Notes: generated by a model from the letters alone, not told the origin. A stretch of DNA of 64,000 nt from an uncultured Bacilli bacterium (GCA_944332295.1 CALVJR010000004.1:4157-68156); one strand, 5' to 3'. Counted from the stretch's first letter, positions 39,097-48,838 are shown. Numbers and translations are program-made.

Positions 39097-40023
39097 CTAC
39101 AATAATTCTAAATATTTCTTCAACATTTCAACTTCTAACTTAGTAACTAGCTTAACAAAATCAGTATAATTACCAGTTGTATGTGCTTTATCTAAAGCTT
39201 CATAATATTTTAATCTTGATTCTTTTTTTATAATTACAGGATTATATCCACTATTCATTAAGTCTAAATTCATAAGTAATCTTGAAGTTCTTCCATTGCC
39301 ATCTATAAATGGATGTATTTTAACTAACTCACCATGTAATAGCGCTGCTTGAATTATCGGATGATATTCATTCCAAGTATTATAAGTTAATATTAATTTT
39401 TCCATTAATTCGGGAACTTTTAAATAATCTGGTGGAATATGTGTTGCGCCTTTAATAGTTACATTTTCTTTTCTATATCTTCCAGCATTTTCGTTATCAA
39501 TATCTTTTAAAATTAACTGATGAATATTTTTAATATTCCATTCACTAATTGGTTCATTATCTTTTACTAGATCATCCAAAAATAAAATTGCTTTTTCATG
39601 ATTAATCGCTTCTAAATGCTCTTTAATAGATTTTCCACCAACAGTTATTCCTTCTAAAACAACCTGTGTTTCTCGTAATGTTAAAGTATTACCTTCAATT
39701 CCATTACTATTATAAGTCCATTCTAAATTAATAGATTCTCTTAAAGATTTTAAAGTTTCTTTAGGCATTGGTCTTTTACTATCTAATTTTCTTTTTAAGC
39801 TATCTACTTCATCAAAATAATTATCGTCTAAATCAATAATAAATTTATTATCATCTGGTTTAATTATTCTTTTATCAACAGGTTTATCAGCATCAATTGG
39901 AATATTCCAACTATTACCTACTTTAACAGCACCTTCAATTCTTCCATCTTGTAATAATTGTCTTATTCTTCTTTCACTAATATTCCATTTTTCAACAGCT
40001 TCTTTTGTAGTCATAAATTCCAT
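39097..40023 (-). CDS. Fic-family protein with N-terminal HTH
   Basis: Fic motif HPFIDGNGRTSRLL, inhibitory-helix-like SNGIEGN ([S/T]xxxE[G/N]), and an N-terminal MerR/excisionase-like HTH TTKEAVEKWNISERRIRQLL. ATG 40023 follows GAGGTG. Confidence 0.85.
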   Translation of the reverse strand: MEFMTTKEAVEKWNISERRIRQLLQDGRIEGAVKVGNSWNIPIDADKPVDKRIIKPDDNKFIIDLDDNYFDEVDSLKRKLDSKRPMPKETLKSLRESINLEWTYNSNGIEGNTLTLRETQVVLEGITVGGKSIKEHLEAINHEKAILFLDDLVKDNEPISEWNIKNIHQLILKDIDNENAGRYRKENVTIKGATHIPPDYLKVPELMEKLILTYNTWNEYHPIIQAALLHGELVKIHPFIDGNGRTSRLLMNLDLMNSGYNPVIIKKESRLKYYEALDKAHTTGNYTDFVKLVTKLEVEMLKKYLELL

Positions 40024-40042
40024 ACTTTTCACCTCGATTACA

Positions 40043-40071
40043 ATTATACCGGAATCGGTAGTATTTGTCAA
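40043..40071 (-). promoter_or_regulatory. consensus sigmaA promoter of the fic gene with an embedded palindrome
   Basis: On the minus strand: TTGACA, 17 nt, TATAAT. The spacer contains the palindrome TACCGATTCCGGTA (40047..40060). A related CCGATAACGG sits just upstream (40082..40091). Confidence 0.6.
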
Positions 40072-40266
40072 TATTTTTATTCCGTTATCGGTATATTAAC
40101 TTATGAATTAGCGACAAGTTGTCGGGAATTTTTAACTTCTCGCCAAGTTGGCACGAAGTAATGTTGATAAGTCTTTTAACTTCTCGACAACCTGTCGCGA
40201 AGTTAAATTTGTGATACATACGGGTTTTAGTATTATGTACTATTCTGTGCATATTGCACAGAATTT

Positions 40267-41841
40267 TTAAATCATGAATCTATAGAAAATTTCAATATTT
40301 TTATCTTTATCAATTTCAATTTTATCAATTAATGTTTGTAAAAGTTCTCTAGTAGGTTTCTTTATATCAATTAATTCTCTTATTTTCTTTTCATATTCTT
40401 CTAATTCTTTTGCTTTAATACTTTCTTTTTTAGTGCTTTTATATTTTTCTAAATCTATCTGAGCTTTATTTAAAAGTCGTTCTGTTTCTTGAGATAATCT
40501 TTTATAAGTAACATCTGATATATTACCTCTAAATTTATCTTCATATAACATATCTATTTTTGATATATATTCTTTTATCTTGTTTTCTAAGTATCTTATC
40601 TTTTCTTTATTATCTTCCTTTCTACTATTTTTATCTGCTATTTCCTTTGATAAGACCCTAGAATCGATTTGTTTAATATAATTTTTACAAGTTGTTCTTA
40701 CTACATCAAGCAATGCTTCTTCTAATTTATCATAAGGCATAAAATGTGGTTCACATAATCTTCTTCTTGGATCTCTTGCATATTTATTACAATTAATAGT
40801 CCAATAATTATGATTCTTTCGGTAAGTAATAGTTAGTGCATTTCCACATTCTTTGCAAAATAGTAAATTTTCAAATAATCTTTTTTCTCTATGACTAACG
40901 CTTACATTAGTTCTTTTTACATTACCTTGTATTCTTTCAAAAGTTAATTTATCAACCAATGGTTCGTGTGTACCAGGAACTATGTCCCAATTGCTTTTTG
41001 GAAGAGCTTTTTTCTTTTTAGATTTATAATTTACTTTAGTCTGTGTACTTTGAACCATATCACCTGTATACATTCTGTTTTTTAGTATCTTCTTAACTGA
41101 TGATATAGTCCATTGTTCATTATATCTCATTTTAGAATTAGGATTTTTACGTTTTAAACTGCTAGGTGTTTTAATTTTATTGTCATTTAAATATGAAGTT
41201 ATATCAGATAATCCTACACCATTAGCAGCCATTTCAAATATTTTTTTAACTACTGGTGCATATTCTGGGTCAGGTATTAAATGTCCTTTTTCTTCTGGGT
41301 CTTTCATATATCCATAACTAGGATTACTTCCAATAAACTTTCCTTTCTTTCTTTTATCATTTAAAACACTTCTAATTTTAATAGAATTTTGCCTACTATA
41401 ATAATCATTACATGCAATAATGAATGTTGATGAATCATTACTTGCTTGATTAATTGCACTATCATAGTTTTCTTGCAACGATATAAATCTTATATTATTT
41501 TCTGGAAAAAAGTTTTCAATATAATATCCTGTCATAACATGATCTCTACCTAATCTTGATAAATCTTTTACTATAACTAAATTTACCATTTTATTTTTAA
41601 TATCTTCAATCATTTTAGTAAATCCAGGTCTTTCAAAATTAGTACCGGAATATCCATCATCAACATATTCTCCAACAAATATAAAACCTTTTTCTTTTAC
41701 GAAGTTCATTAATAAATTTCTTTGATTAGTAATACTTTCACTTTCTGATTCATAAGATTTTCCTTCGTCTGCTTCCGATAATCTTATATATATGACCGCT
41801 CTATAAATATTATTTGGCATTTGCATTAATCCGTTATACAT
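40267..41841 (-). CDS. large serine recombinase (TnpX/TndX-like)
   Basis: N-terminal resolvase domain (AVIYIRLSEAD, VKDLSRLGRD), a recombinase domain, a zinc ribbon CKECGN...C, and a C-terminal coiled coil. AAGGAG RBS. Confidence 0.9.
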   Translation of the reverse strand: MYNGLMQMPNNIYRAVIYIRLSEADEGKSYESESESITNQRNLLMNFVKEKGFIFVGEYVDDGYSGTNFERPGFTKMIEDIKNKMVNLVIVKDLSRLGRDHVMTGYYIENFFPENNIRFISLQENYDSAINQASNDSSTFIIACNDYYSRQNSIKIRSVLNDKRKKGKFIGSNPSYGYMKDPEEKGHLIPDPEYAPVVKKIFEMAANGVGLSDITSYLNDNKIKTPSSLKRKNPNSKMRYNEQWTISSVKKILKNRMYTGDMVQSTQTKVNYKSKKKKALPKSNWDIVPGTHEPLVDKLTFERIQGNVKRTNVSVSHREKRLFENLLFCKECGNALTITYRKNHNYWTINCNKYARDPRRRLCEPHFMPYDKLEEALLDVVRTTCKNYIKQIDSRVLSKEIADKNSRKEDNKEKIRYLENKIKEYISKIDMLYEDKFRGNISDVTYKRLSQETERLLNKAQIDLEKYKSTKKESIKAKELEEYEKKIRELIDIKKPTRELLQTLIDKIEIDKDKNIEIFYRFMI

Positions 41842-42062
41842 TTACTACTCCTTTCTTTTTTGCATAACAATCAAAGCCATTTAAAGTATAATACTTTATT
41901 TTCAAACTGACGAATGTGCTAATTTTTAATTAGTACACTTTTTATATATTTATTTAACAAATCTACCAAATTAAGAGCATTATCATCTTTTCTAAAAGTT
42001 TCCGTAATTTTAAACATAAGCCACCTCATAAAATTTTATGAGTGTCTTTTTCATTTTATTTC

Positions 42063-42578
42063 TTATTCCTCCTCGTATATATCACTTAATAATTTTTTTA
42101 ACTCTTCTTGTTCTTCAAGAGTTGCTTCATTTTTAGGTATTAATTTACCATGCCAGTATTCATTACCAACTTCATCTTTATAATAAATACTATCTTCTTT
42201 TTTATTTAATTTATTATTATATTGTTTAAATTTTTGTTTATAGTCTGTATTAAAATTATTTTTAATACTTTTTAATTTTAAATTTAAGACCTCTGATAAT
42301 TTAATTATACGCTTTGAATTATTTTTACTTGTATTATCATATTTAGTCTTAATATAACCAAAGGTGGCTAAATTACTTATACTTTTTGATACAGTTACTG
42401 ACGTTACATCATAAATATCACAAAAATATCTATTAGTAGCCCAACAATAACCATTCTTCTTACAAAGACTTATTATATGAATTAATAATAATCTTTCTAA
42501 AAAAGTTAATCTATTATCTCTTAATACAGATTTTAAAATAAATACATTTATGAATTCTTCTTTATCCATAATAATCAA
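42063..42578 (-). CDS. winged-helix DNA-binding protein (phage/plasmid replication- or regulator-like)
   Basis: LLLIHIISLCKKNGYCWATNRYFCDIYDVTSVTVSKSISNL resembles wHTH domains of mobile-element regulators. Confidence 0.45.
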   Translation of the reverse strand: MIIMDKEEFINVFILKSVLRDNRLTFLERLLLIHIISLCKKNGYCWATNRYFCDIYDVTSVTVSKSISNLATFGYIKTKYDNTSKNNSKRIIKLSEVLNLKLKSIKNNFNTDYKQKFKQYNNKLNKKEDSIYYKDEVGNEYWHGKLIPKNEATLEEQEELKKLLSDIYEEE

Positions 42579-42713
42579 TATATAAGATATATCTTAAGAT
42601 AATAAGAGTGCACTTTTAAATGTTATTTTCCCTAGGTATTTTCATCTTATAACAAATTAAAATAAAAAGAAATTGTACAAAATATGCAAAAGGAGTACAT
42701 TTCTGTACTCCCA

Positions 42714-43169
42714 CTACAATGATTCTATATCTTTAAACTCATAATTTATGTTTTCTTTTAACAATCTTTTTAATATAGACATCAATTGCATAATTATGTA
42801 ATTAATTTCATCAAAAGATACCTTAATATCAATAACATCTTTATTCGGATGTAACAATTGATTTCTCAATCCATCATCACTGTAATATTTATTTAAAATT
42901 TGAATAGTTTGTTCTGGCAAAACTTCTGTTTTATTATTTTGAATTATTGAAAGTAAAGTCTTCATTATACCTTGTTCATAATGTTCAACATCTGCATCGG
43001 GCACTAATTTGTATATCTCCAAAACCATTCTTTCAATTAAAGGAAAGCTATAATACAAACTCTCAATAGTTCCAGAATTTAAAAAGTCTGTATCTATTTC
43101 ACCAATTATATTTTTAGTATTATCATCTTCCAATGCTTTTACAAAATCTAAATATGTAAATCTAACCAT
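42714..43169 (-). CDS. HEPN-like protein (151 aa) with Rx4H motif
   Basis: GLRNQLLH (R102..H107, nt 42866..42849, verified codon by codon). All-helical-looking. Overlaps the upstream gene by 22 nt. Confidence 0.5.
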   Translation of the reverse strand: MVRFTYLDFVKALEDDNTKNIIGEIDTDFLNSGTIESLYYSFPLIERMVLEIYKLVPDADVEHYEQGIMKTLLSIIQNNKTEVLPEQTIQILNKYYSDDGLRNQLLHPNKDVIDIKVSFDEINYIIMQLMSILKRLLKENINYEFKDIESL

Positions 43170-43654
43170 TCTATCACTTCCTTTATAGTTTTCAAATCCA
43201 ACTTTGTTAATTGGTTATCAAATATTAATTTACTATTCCCTATTTCTTTATTATATTTAAAATTATAATATTTTGAGAAATCTAATCTTTCATCACTTTT
43301 ACTTTTAATCTTATTAATCAAATATTTAAATCCTTGAAAATTAATATTATTATTTTCAGACAAATTATACATCATTCTATAAATATCATGATCATAATTC
43401 TCTATTTCTTCTAAAGATAAATATGTTTCCAAAATTAATTTTGTTTTAAAAAACATTTCGATGTAAAAAAACAAATTAAAGAATGTTAATGGTTTAATTA
43501 TTAAATTATTTGTACAACAATTTAAAATGGACAATGAATTATCTTTTAAATATATATAATTATCTATTATTTCTTGTCTTAGCTGTCTAGTTTTTTCTGA
43601 AATAGTATCGGAAATATCCGGTAAATACTCTAATTCAAATGCTTTATTTTTCAT
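43148..43654 (-). CDS. hypothetical protein (168 aa), possible classical HEPN fold
   Basis: EMFFKTKLILE...YDHDIYRMMYNL and YYNFKY resemble the E..lKa.l...tHdL..L / Y...RY layout of classical HEPN domains. This is a weak, by-eye match. Confidence 0.4.
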   Translation of the reverse strand: MKNKAFELEYLPDISDTISEKTRQLRQEIIDNYIYLKDNSLSILNCCTNNLIIKPLTFFNLFFYIEMFFKTKLILETYLSLEEIENYDHDIYRMMYNLSENNNINFQGFKYLINKIKSKSDERLDFSKYYNFKYNKEIGNSKLIFDNQLTKLDLKTIKEVIEWLDLHI

Positions 43655-45404
43655 TCAATAACCAACTTATAAAAATTAGCCCTGAAAAGGTCACTACTAA
43701 TGATGTTACTAATTGTTCATTAATTAGCGTCCCATGCATAATATTATTTCTTAAATTTAAACCAGATTTCTCGTACAAAATATAATTTAAATACATTATT
43801 CCATCAACTTTCGACTCATCATCTTTATAAATTTCAAATAAATTATTTAAATTTGTAAAACCATCTTTACAAACTGCAAGATTATTTCTTTCCAAAATTT
43901 TTATAACATTAACTTCTATTGATAATATATTACTAACAACTATAGCATATTCGTTATTAAAATCATAACCAATTGATTCTTTTAATTCCTTAATTATGCT
44001 TTTAAAATCTGATTTAGATATTGTTGAAATCAAAATATTTTGATGCAATTGAAATGTTGTAGATAAATATTTTAGTAATTCTTCATAAAAGTTTGAACTT
44101 AATTTATTTAATAATTTTGGATGAGTTTCAGTATATTCAATACCTTTTTCATCAAAATATTTTTTAAAGTTATCATCATTAACTTTTTTTCTATCTTCCA
44201 AACGTAATGAATAAACTTCTCTCTTTGAATCTATAGTATATTTAGAAACCAAACTCAGCATAGGATGTTCTGCATATGATTCTAAAGCCTGATATAATTC
44301 TGATGTAAAATTTATTTTTGAGGCTGCATATAGCTTAAATTTGTTATCTAATAAGCTTTTTCTATATTCTTCTACTTCTTTTGTTGGAACTTTATGTTCA
44401 TATTTATATTCATGCATTTCAGACTTCACATAGTCATTATCAGAAACAATATATCTCTTTAGACTTAATAAATGCGATAAACATTCTTGAATTTTTCCCT
44501 TTTGATTATCCTGGTAACTTTCTATATTTTTTGAAAGATACAATAATTCTTTTTTCAAATTTTCAATTTCTGATAACCCTTGTATAAAACTATAATCTTT
44601 ATTTTTAAGTTTATTTACTAATTTATTAGTTACATTAATATACATATTAATTATTTTGTTATTTGAATCTAAATCTAAACAATTATCTTTATCTAATTCA
44701 AATATTACTTCTTTTGCATAATTATATCCACCAAAAGTATCTAAAGAATCCTTTATATATTCCATATATACATCTATATGTTTTGTCTTTTCAACATCAT
44801 AATATATTATATTAGATATATGCTTTTTGCTTGTAATAAACAATTCTATCAGCTCATTATAGTCTTTTTTCATAGATTTTAAATTATTAAATATTTTACT
44901 TATAATTTCTCCATCTATAAAAATATCATTATCTAAACCAAAATAAATAATTTCTTTATAAAACAAATACAAATCGTTAGGTGTTTCAATGAATAATTTT
45001 TTTCTAACATTTAAACTATCCACGACATTTCTAAAATCATCTTTTGCCAATTTATAATCATTACAATTTGTTTTGTACTCATTTGAATTAATTGTATTAT
45101 TATATGTATACAAAAAATCTTGAATAATATTTTTATAATATAATAAATCGTTATTATCAGCATAAAGATACAAATAAAATATAATTTCTAAATCTTGTTT
45201 TGATATTCTTATTTCATGACTATTAAAAATAGTAAATAATCTATTATCGTGATAATAAAAAGAATTATATATTCTTAAAAACTTTCTAAACTCCAACAAA
45301 AACATTTCTCTACTACTTTGATTATTAAAAGTATAATCAAAATTCTCATTTAATTGATTACCAGAAAGTTTATCTTCTAGAAATTCCTTTAATATTTTTT
45401 TCAA
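43644..45404 (-). CDS. large hypothetical protein (586 aa) with C-terminal Rx4H HEPN-like motif (DUF4209-like)
   Basis: GLNLRNNIMHGT (R552..H557, nt 43751..43734, verified) followed by a hydrophobic tail. TTG start with AGGAGG six nt upstream. Confidence 0.5.
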   Translation of the reverse strand: MKKILKEFLEDKLSGNQLNENFDYTFNNQSSREMFLLEFRKFLRIYNSFYYHDNRLFTIFNSHEIRISKQDLEIIFYLYLYADNNDLLYYKNIIQDFLYTYNNTINSNEYKTNCNDYKLAKDDFRNVVDSLNVRKKLFIETPNDLYLFYKEIIYFGLDNDIFIDGEIISKIFNNLKSMKKDYNELIELFITSKKHISNIIYYDVEKTKHIDVYMEYIKDSLDTFGGYNYAKEVIFELDKDNCLDLDSNNKIINMYINVTNKLVNKLKNKDYSFIQGLSEIENLKKELLYLSKNIESYQDNQKGKIQECLSHLLSLKRYIVSDNDYVKSEMHEYKYEHKVPTKEVEEYRKSLLDNKFKLYAASKINFTSELYQALESYAEHPMLSLVSKYTIDSKREVYSLRLEDRKKVNDDNFKKYFDEKGIEYTETHPKLLNKLSSNFYEELLKYLSTTFQLHQNILISTISKSDFKSIIKELKESIGYDFNNEYAIVVSNILSIEVNVIKILERNNLAVCKDGFTNLNNLFEIYKDDESKVDGIMYLNYILYEKSGLNLRNNIMHGTLINEQLVTSLVVTFSGLIFISWLLNEK

Positions 45405-45477
45405 TTTTTACCTCCTACTACTAAAAAAAGCGTAATACAAACCCAAAATAATTTAAGCCTGTACTAGCGCCTTTTTA

Positions 45478-46662
45478 TTATCTATTTCCTTTAATACGGT
45501 TATGCGTTCTACATAACATTTGACAATTAATTATATCAGTAGAACCACCCTTACTCCATGCTGTAACGTGGTCAGCATCCATATCTTTATAATCCCATAT
45601 TTTGACTTTATTTGATAAATTTTCAATTACACACATAGGGCAATTAGAAACTGCTTTCAATTTTGCTTCTTGCGTCTGTCTTTCATAAACTGTTTTTTTT
45701 GTCGGCTCATCAAAGATTCTAATATTAAGTAATTTAGTATCTTCTTTTCTACAACCATTTAATATATATTCGTAGCATCCTTTTTTATCGGTAACAAAAT
45801 AATCACTATATAATTCATTTAATTTTTTTGAAATTTCATTTGAATTATAGGGATTCTTATGATATTTTTCGTACATTTTCCCCCAATTTATATATTGCAT
45901 TTCATCTTTTACATCAATGAATATAGTAGAAACCCAATTGATAACATCATTAAAATATGAAGTTAGTTCATTTATATTATCATCATGTCTGTGATTTGCC
46001 ATATATTTTTCAAGATTACCATCTTTTTCCCAATCCTTTGAAACCCAAGATAAAGCAACTTCTAACAAACCTTGTCTTTTTACTTCTACTTTCATATAAC
46101 TCAACCACTTATGTAAATTTGAGTTCTGAGAATTGCTAAATATTTCTTTTGCTTTAGTTATAAAAGTTCCACTATATATAGAATTTAATAGTTCTTGATT
46201 ATTTAGTGGCTTTCCGGCGATATTGATTGTTTTAAACCACTCCTTTATTTCTGATTCATCACCACTACAAATATAAATAGTCAATTCAGTATTATATATT
46301 TTTTCTTGCTTATCTTTAGGCAACGATTCAAATTTATATGGAATATCATTTTCATCTATCCATGCGAATTTATTTGTTATATATCTACCTATGCTAGTTA
46401 TTCTTTGCTGTCCATCAAGAATTTCATATTTATCTCTTTCTGTTTCAACAAAATATATTAGCCCTATCGGATATCCTTTTAATAAAGAATCAATAACAGC
46501 AACGTCATCTTTTCCGTTTGCATAAATATAATTTCTTTGATATTCTGGCTGAATAGTTAATTTCCCAGCCCAACCAAACAACCCTTTTTCTTCTGATTCA
46601 CTATATTGAAATCCTTCGCAAATTTGTCTAATAGTTAAATCTGTTCTTAATCTAGTTTTCAT
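45478..46662 (-). CDS. DUF262 (ParB/Srx-like) domain protein with C-terminal HNH nuclease (GmrSD-like)
   Basis: [13 protein letters not shown]262 signature. C-terminal Cys pairs plus [12 protein letters not shown]...[18 protein letters not shown] motif. Confidence 0.75.
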   Translation of the reverse strand: MKTRLRTDLTIRQICEGFQYSESEEKGLFGWAGKLTIQPEYQRNYIYANGKDDVAVIDSLLKGYPIGLIYFVETERDKYEILDGQQRITSIGRYITNKFAWIDENDIPYKFESLPKDKQEKIYNTELTIYICSGDESEIKEWFKTINIAGKPLNNQELLNSIYSGTFITKAKEIFSNSQNSNLHKWLSYMKVEVKRQGLLEVALSWVSKDWEKDGNLEKYMANHRHDDNINELTSYFNDVINWVSTIFIDVKDEMQYINWGKMYEKYHKNPYNSNEISKKLNELYSDYFVTDKKGCYEYILNGCRKEDTKLLNIRIFDEPTKKTVYERQTQEAKLKAVSNCPMCVIENLSNKVKIWDYKDMDADHVTAWSKGGSTDIINCQMLCRTHNRIKGNR

Positions 46663-47773
46663 CTACATCCTCTACTTTCTGAATTAATATTCTATCATAT
46701 ATTTGTTTACCATTAATATATCCTCTATGACGTTGAGATGGAATGATCCTTATTCTTTCAACTTCTGGTGTATTATCCCCAGAATGTGTGTGTCCTATTA
46801 TTCTAAATTGTTTAGGATTATGAAACTTAAGAAAAGTTATTGGAACCCCCATAACACCAACATAATCAGATGGAATCGCATCATATCTTGGGACTTCTAA
46901 TGCATCATAATTATCAAATTTTGGATAAGTATTTATTCCGTAATCTTTTTCTAACTTTTTTATTAATGGCTTGTTATATCTTAAATTATCTTGCATCGTC
47001 ATCAAACTTAGCGTTGTATGACGTCTTTTTAAATCAATATTAGTATACCAACATATATTTCCCATACTACGCCATTTTTGTCCCTTTTCATCTATCCAAA
47101 ATCTTGTTTCTCTAGGTTCCGAATCTTCGGGAACTTTAAATGCCATATCGCCAGCATATTTTCCTAACCACATCTTACCATCTCTTACAAGAGGAAATGT
47201 TTCTTTAGTAGTCGCATCATTTTCATTACCAATTATAATAAATTGCTTATTTGATTCTATTAACCAAGCTAGAAATTCTCTAAATAATGAAAACGGTGGA
47301 TTTGTTATTATAATATCTGCCTCATCCCTCAAAGTTTTGACTTCATCAGATCTAAAATCACCATCACCTTCAAGGTAATCCCATTCTAAATCATTAATAT
47401 CAATTCTTCCAGATTTATTTTTATCTCTATCTAATGTAAATATTTTACCATGTGAATTTGTTTTTGTTTTATCATATTTAGGACTTTCTTGCTCAAATAA
47501 TGATAATTGAACAAAAACTGATGTTTTTTTATCATTAGCATAACTCGTACTAATAAGTTTCTTTAATCCTAATAATTCAAAATTCTGTGCAAAATATCTT
47601 GTAAAATTACTCCATTCCGGATCATCGCACGGAAGTAATATTATTTTATCCTTGAAAACGTCTGGATTATATTCTAAATAAGCATTCATTTCTTTTTCTA
47701 TATCTGAGTATTCTGTGTAAAACTCGTCATCCTTCTCTTTTTTTGCTCTCTTTAAACTTTCGTTATTAGCCAT
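46652..47773 (-). CDS. N6-adenine DNA methyltransferase
   Basis: Catalytic IIITNPPFS (NPPF, motif IV) and an N-terminal DEFYTEY segment. Overlaps the downstream gene by 11 nt. Confidence 0.75.
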   Translation of the reverse strand: MANNESLKRAKKEKDDEFYTEYSDIEKEMNAYLEYNPDVFKDKIILLPCDDPEWSNFTRYFAQNFELLGLKKLISTSYANDKKTSVFVQLSLFEQESPKYDKTKTNSHGKIFTLDRDKNKSGRIDINDLEWDYLEGDGDFRSDEVKTLRDEADIIITNPPFSLFREFLAWLIESNKQFIIIGNENDATTKETFPLVRDGKMWLGKYAGDMAFKVPEDSEPRETRFWIDEKGQKWRSMGNICWYTNIDLKRRHTTLSLMTMQDNLRYNKPLIKKLEKDYGINTYPKFDNYDALEVPRYDAIPSDYVGVMGVPITFLKFHNPKQFRIIGHTHSGDNTPEVERIRIIPSQRHRGYINGKQIYDRILIQKVEDVDEN

Positions 47774-47777
47774 TCTA

Positions 47778-48434
47778 TCACTTCCTATTAACTAAAATTT
47801 TCTCTAATTTGTGTTCTAACTGATATAAAGTATTGGAACCGGATAAGTCTCCACCTAAGTCTTTGAGAGCCGAATATAATATTTGGCGTTTGGACGGATT
47901 TGAATTGTTTGGGACTTCTTTATCATTTTCTTTTTCGTAAATACCCAATGTTCCATCTTCTTTTGTTTTTGAATAATAATATTTACCGGTTAAACTAGAA
48001 TGAAACTGAATATTTTTAAAATGATGTCTATTTTTAGATAGTGATAATGCTTCTTTTTCTTCTTCTATTTCTTCTTTAGTTTCTTTCCACAAATGTAATC
48101 TATCAGTTGTACCATTAAATTCTGCCATACTTTCAAATGCAGAATATATTTCTTCTGGTTTAATATGATAAAATTCTCTTACTCTTATTTTATCACCTAT
48201 TTTTTCTTTACTTCTTAATTCTGGATTTAAAGTATCAATAAAGTTATGTAATTTTTTATCGGTTAATCTTTCCATAACATCAAATGTTGCATATATATGA
48301 AAGGAAAAAGGTACTGCTTCAGAATTATTTAACTGTTTAACTCTAGCATCGACATCATCTGCATAACCAATTTTTACATATTCTGGGAATGATGGATTGG
48401 TTAATATATAAATTACCCCACATTTTTGCTTCAT
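47778..48434 (-). CDS. T5orf172 / GIY-YIG-like domain protein
   Basis: GVIYILTN...VKIGYADDVDARVKQLN matches the T5orf172 (GIY-YIG superfamily) N-terminal pattern. AGGAG RBS. Confidence 0.65.
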   Translation of the reverse strand: MKQKCGVIYILTNPSFPEYVKIGYADDVDARVKQLNNSEAVPFSFHIYATFDVMERLTDKKLHNFIDTLNPELRSKEKIGDKIRVREFYHIKPEEIYSAFESMAEFNGTTDRLHLWKETKEEIEEEKEALSLSKNRHHFKNIQFHSSLTGKYYYSKTKEDGTLGIYEKENDKEVPNNSNPSKRQILYSALKDLGGDLSGSNTLYQLEHKLEKILVNRK

Positions 48435-48468
48435 GTTTTCACACTCCTAAAGATATAAATACATGTAT

Positions 48469-48477
48469 ATTATAGCA
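48469..48477 (-). promoter_or_regulatory. extended -10 promoter element for the cargo operon
   Basis: The minus strand reads TGCTATAAT about 35 nt upstream of the ATG at 48434. The -35 is weak. Confidence 0.4.
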
Positions 48478-48838
48478 TATAATTTGACATTTTTGGATTT
48501 TGTCATTAAATTACATACCATTTTTCAATTTTTGCTATATAATTATTTCAAAATTACGGTTTGAGATATTCCCCATAATTTTGCAAATGGCGGGAGTAAA
48601 TTTGCAGTGCTGGCTAAGACAAGATTTTACTAACCTGAAAGAGTCACCAATTTTTTTAAATTATTTAAAATCAATTTTTATCAAAAAAAGACTCTATTTA
48701 ATTTTTTTAAATAGAATCTTACATTTTAAATTTGTTTTTTCAATTTTAGTGGACTAATTTTTAAAATAATTAAGTTATATTTTATTTTTAAAAATTCTTC
48801 AAATTATTCATCTTTTATATCTTTTTTACCACTTATCA

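Noticed and set aside
39958-40161. 67-aa plus-strand ORF spanning the fic start and promoter region.
   Set aside because: It overlaps the fic N-terminus, its consensus promoter and the palindrome cluster. No RBS.
41919-42017. 32-aa minus-strand ORF (MFKITETFRKDDNALNLVDLLNKYIKSVLIKN) with a GAGGTGG RBS upstream of the recombinase gene.
   Set aside because: Too short and unconserved to call by eye, and the RBS spacing is short. It could be a small Xis/RDF-like or regulatory peptide, but I cannot support it.
48500-48757. 85-aa plus-strand ORF in the non-coding region of the element.
   Set aside because: TTG start without an RBS, opposite to every other gene of the element, low-complexity translation. 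More likely regulatory or ncRNA space.
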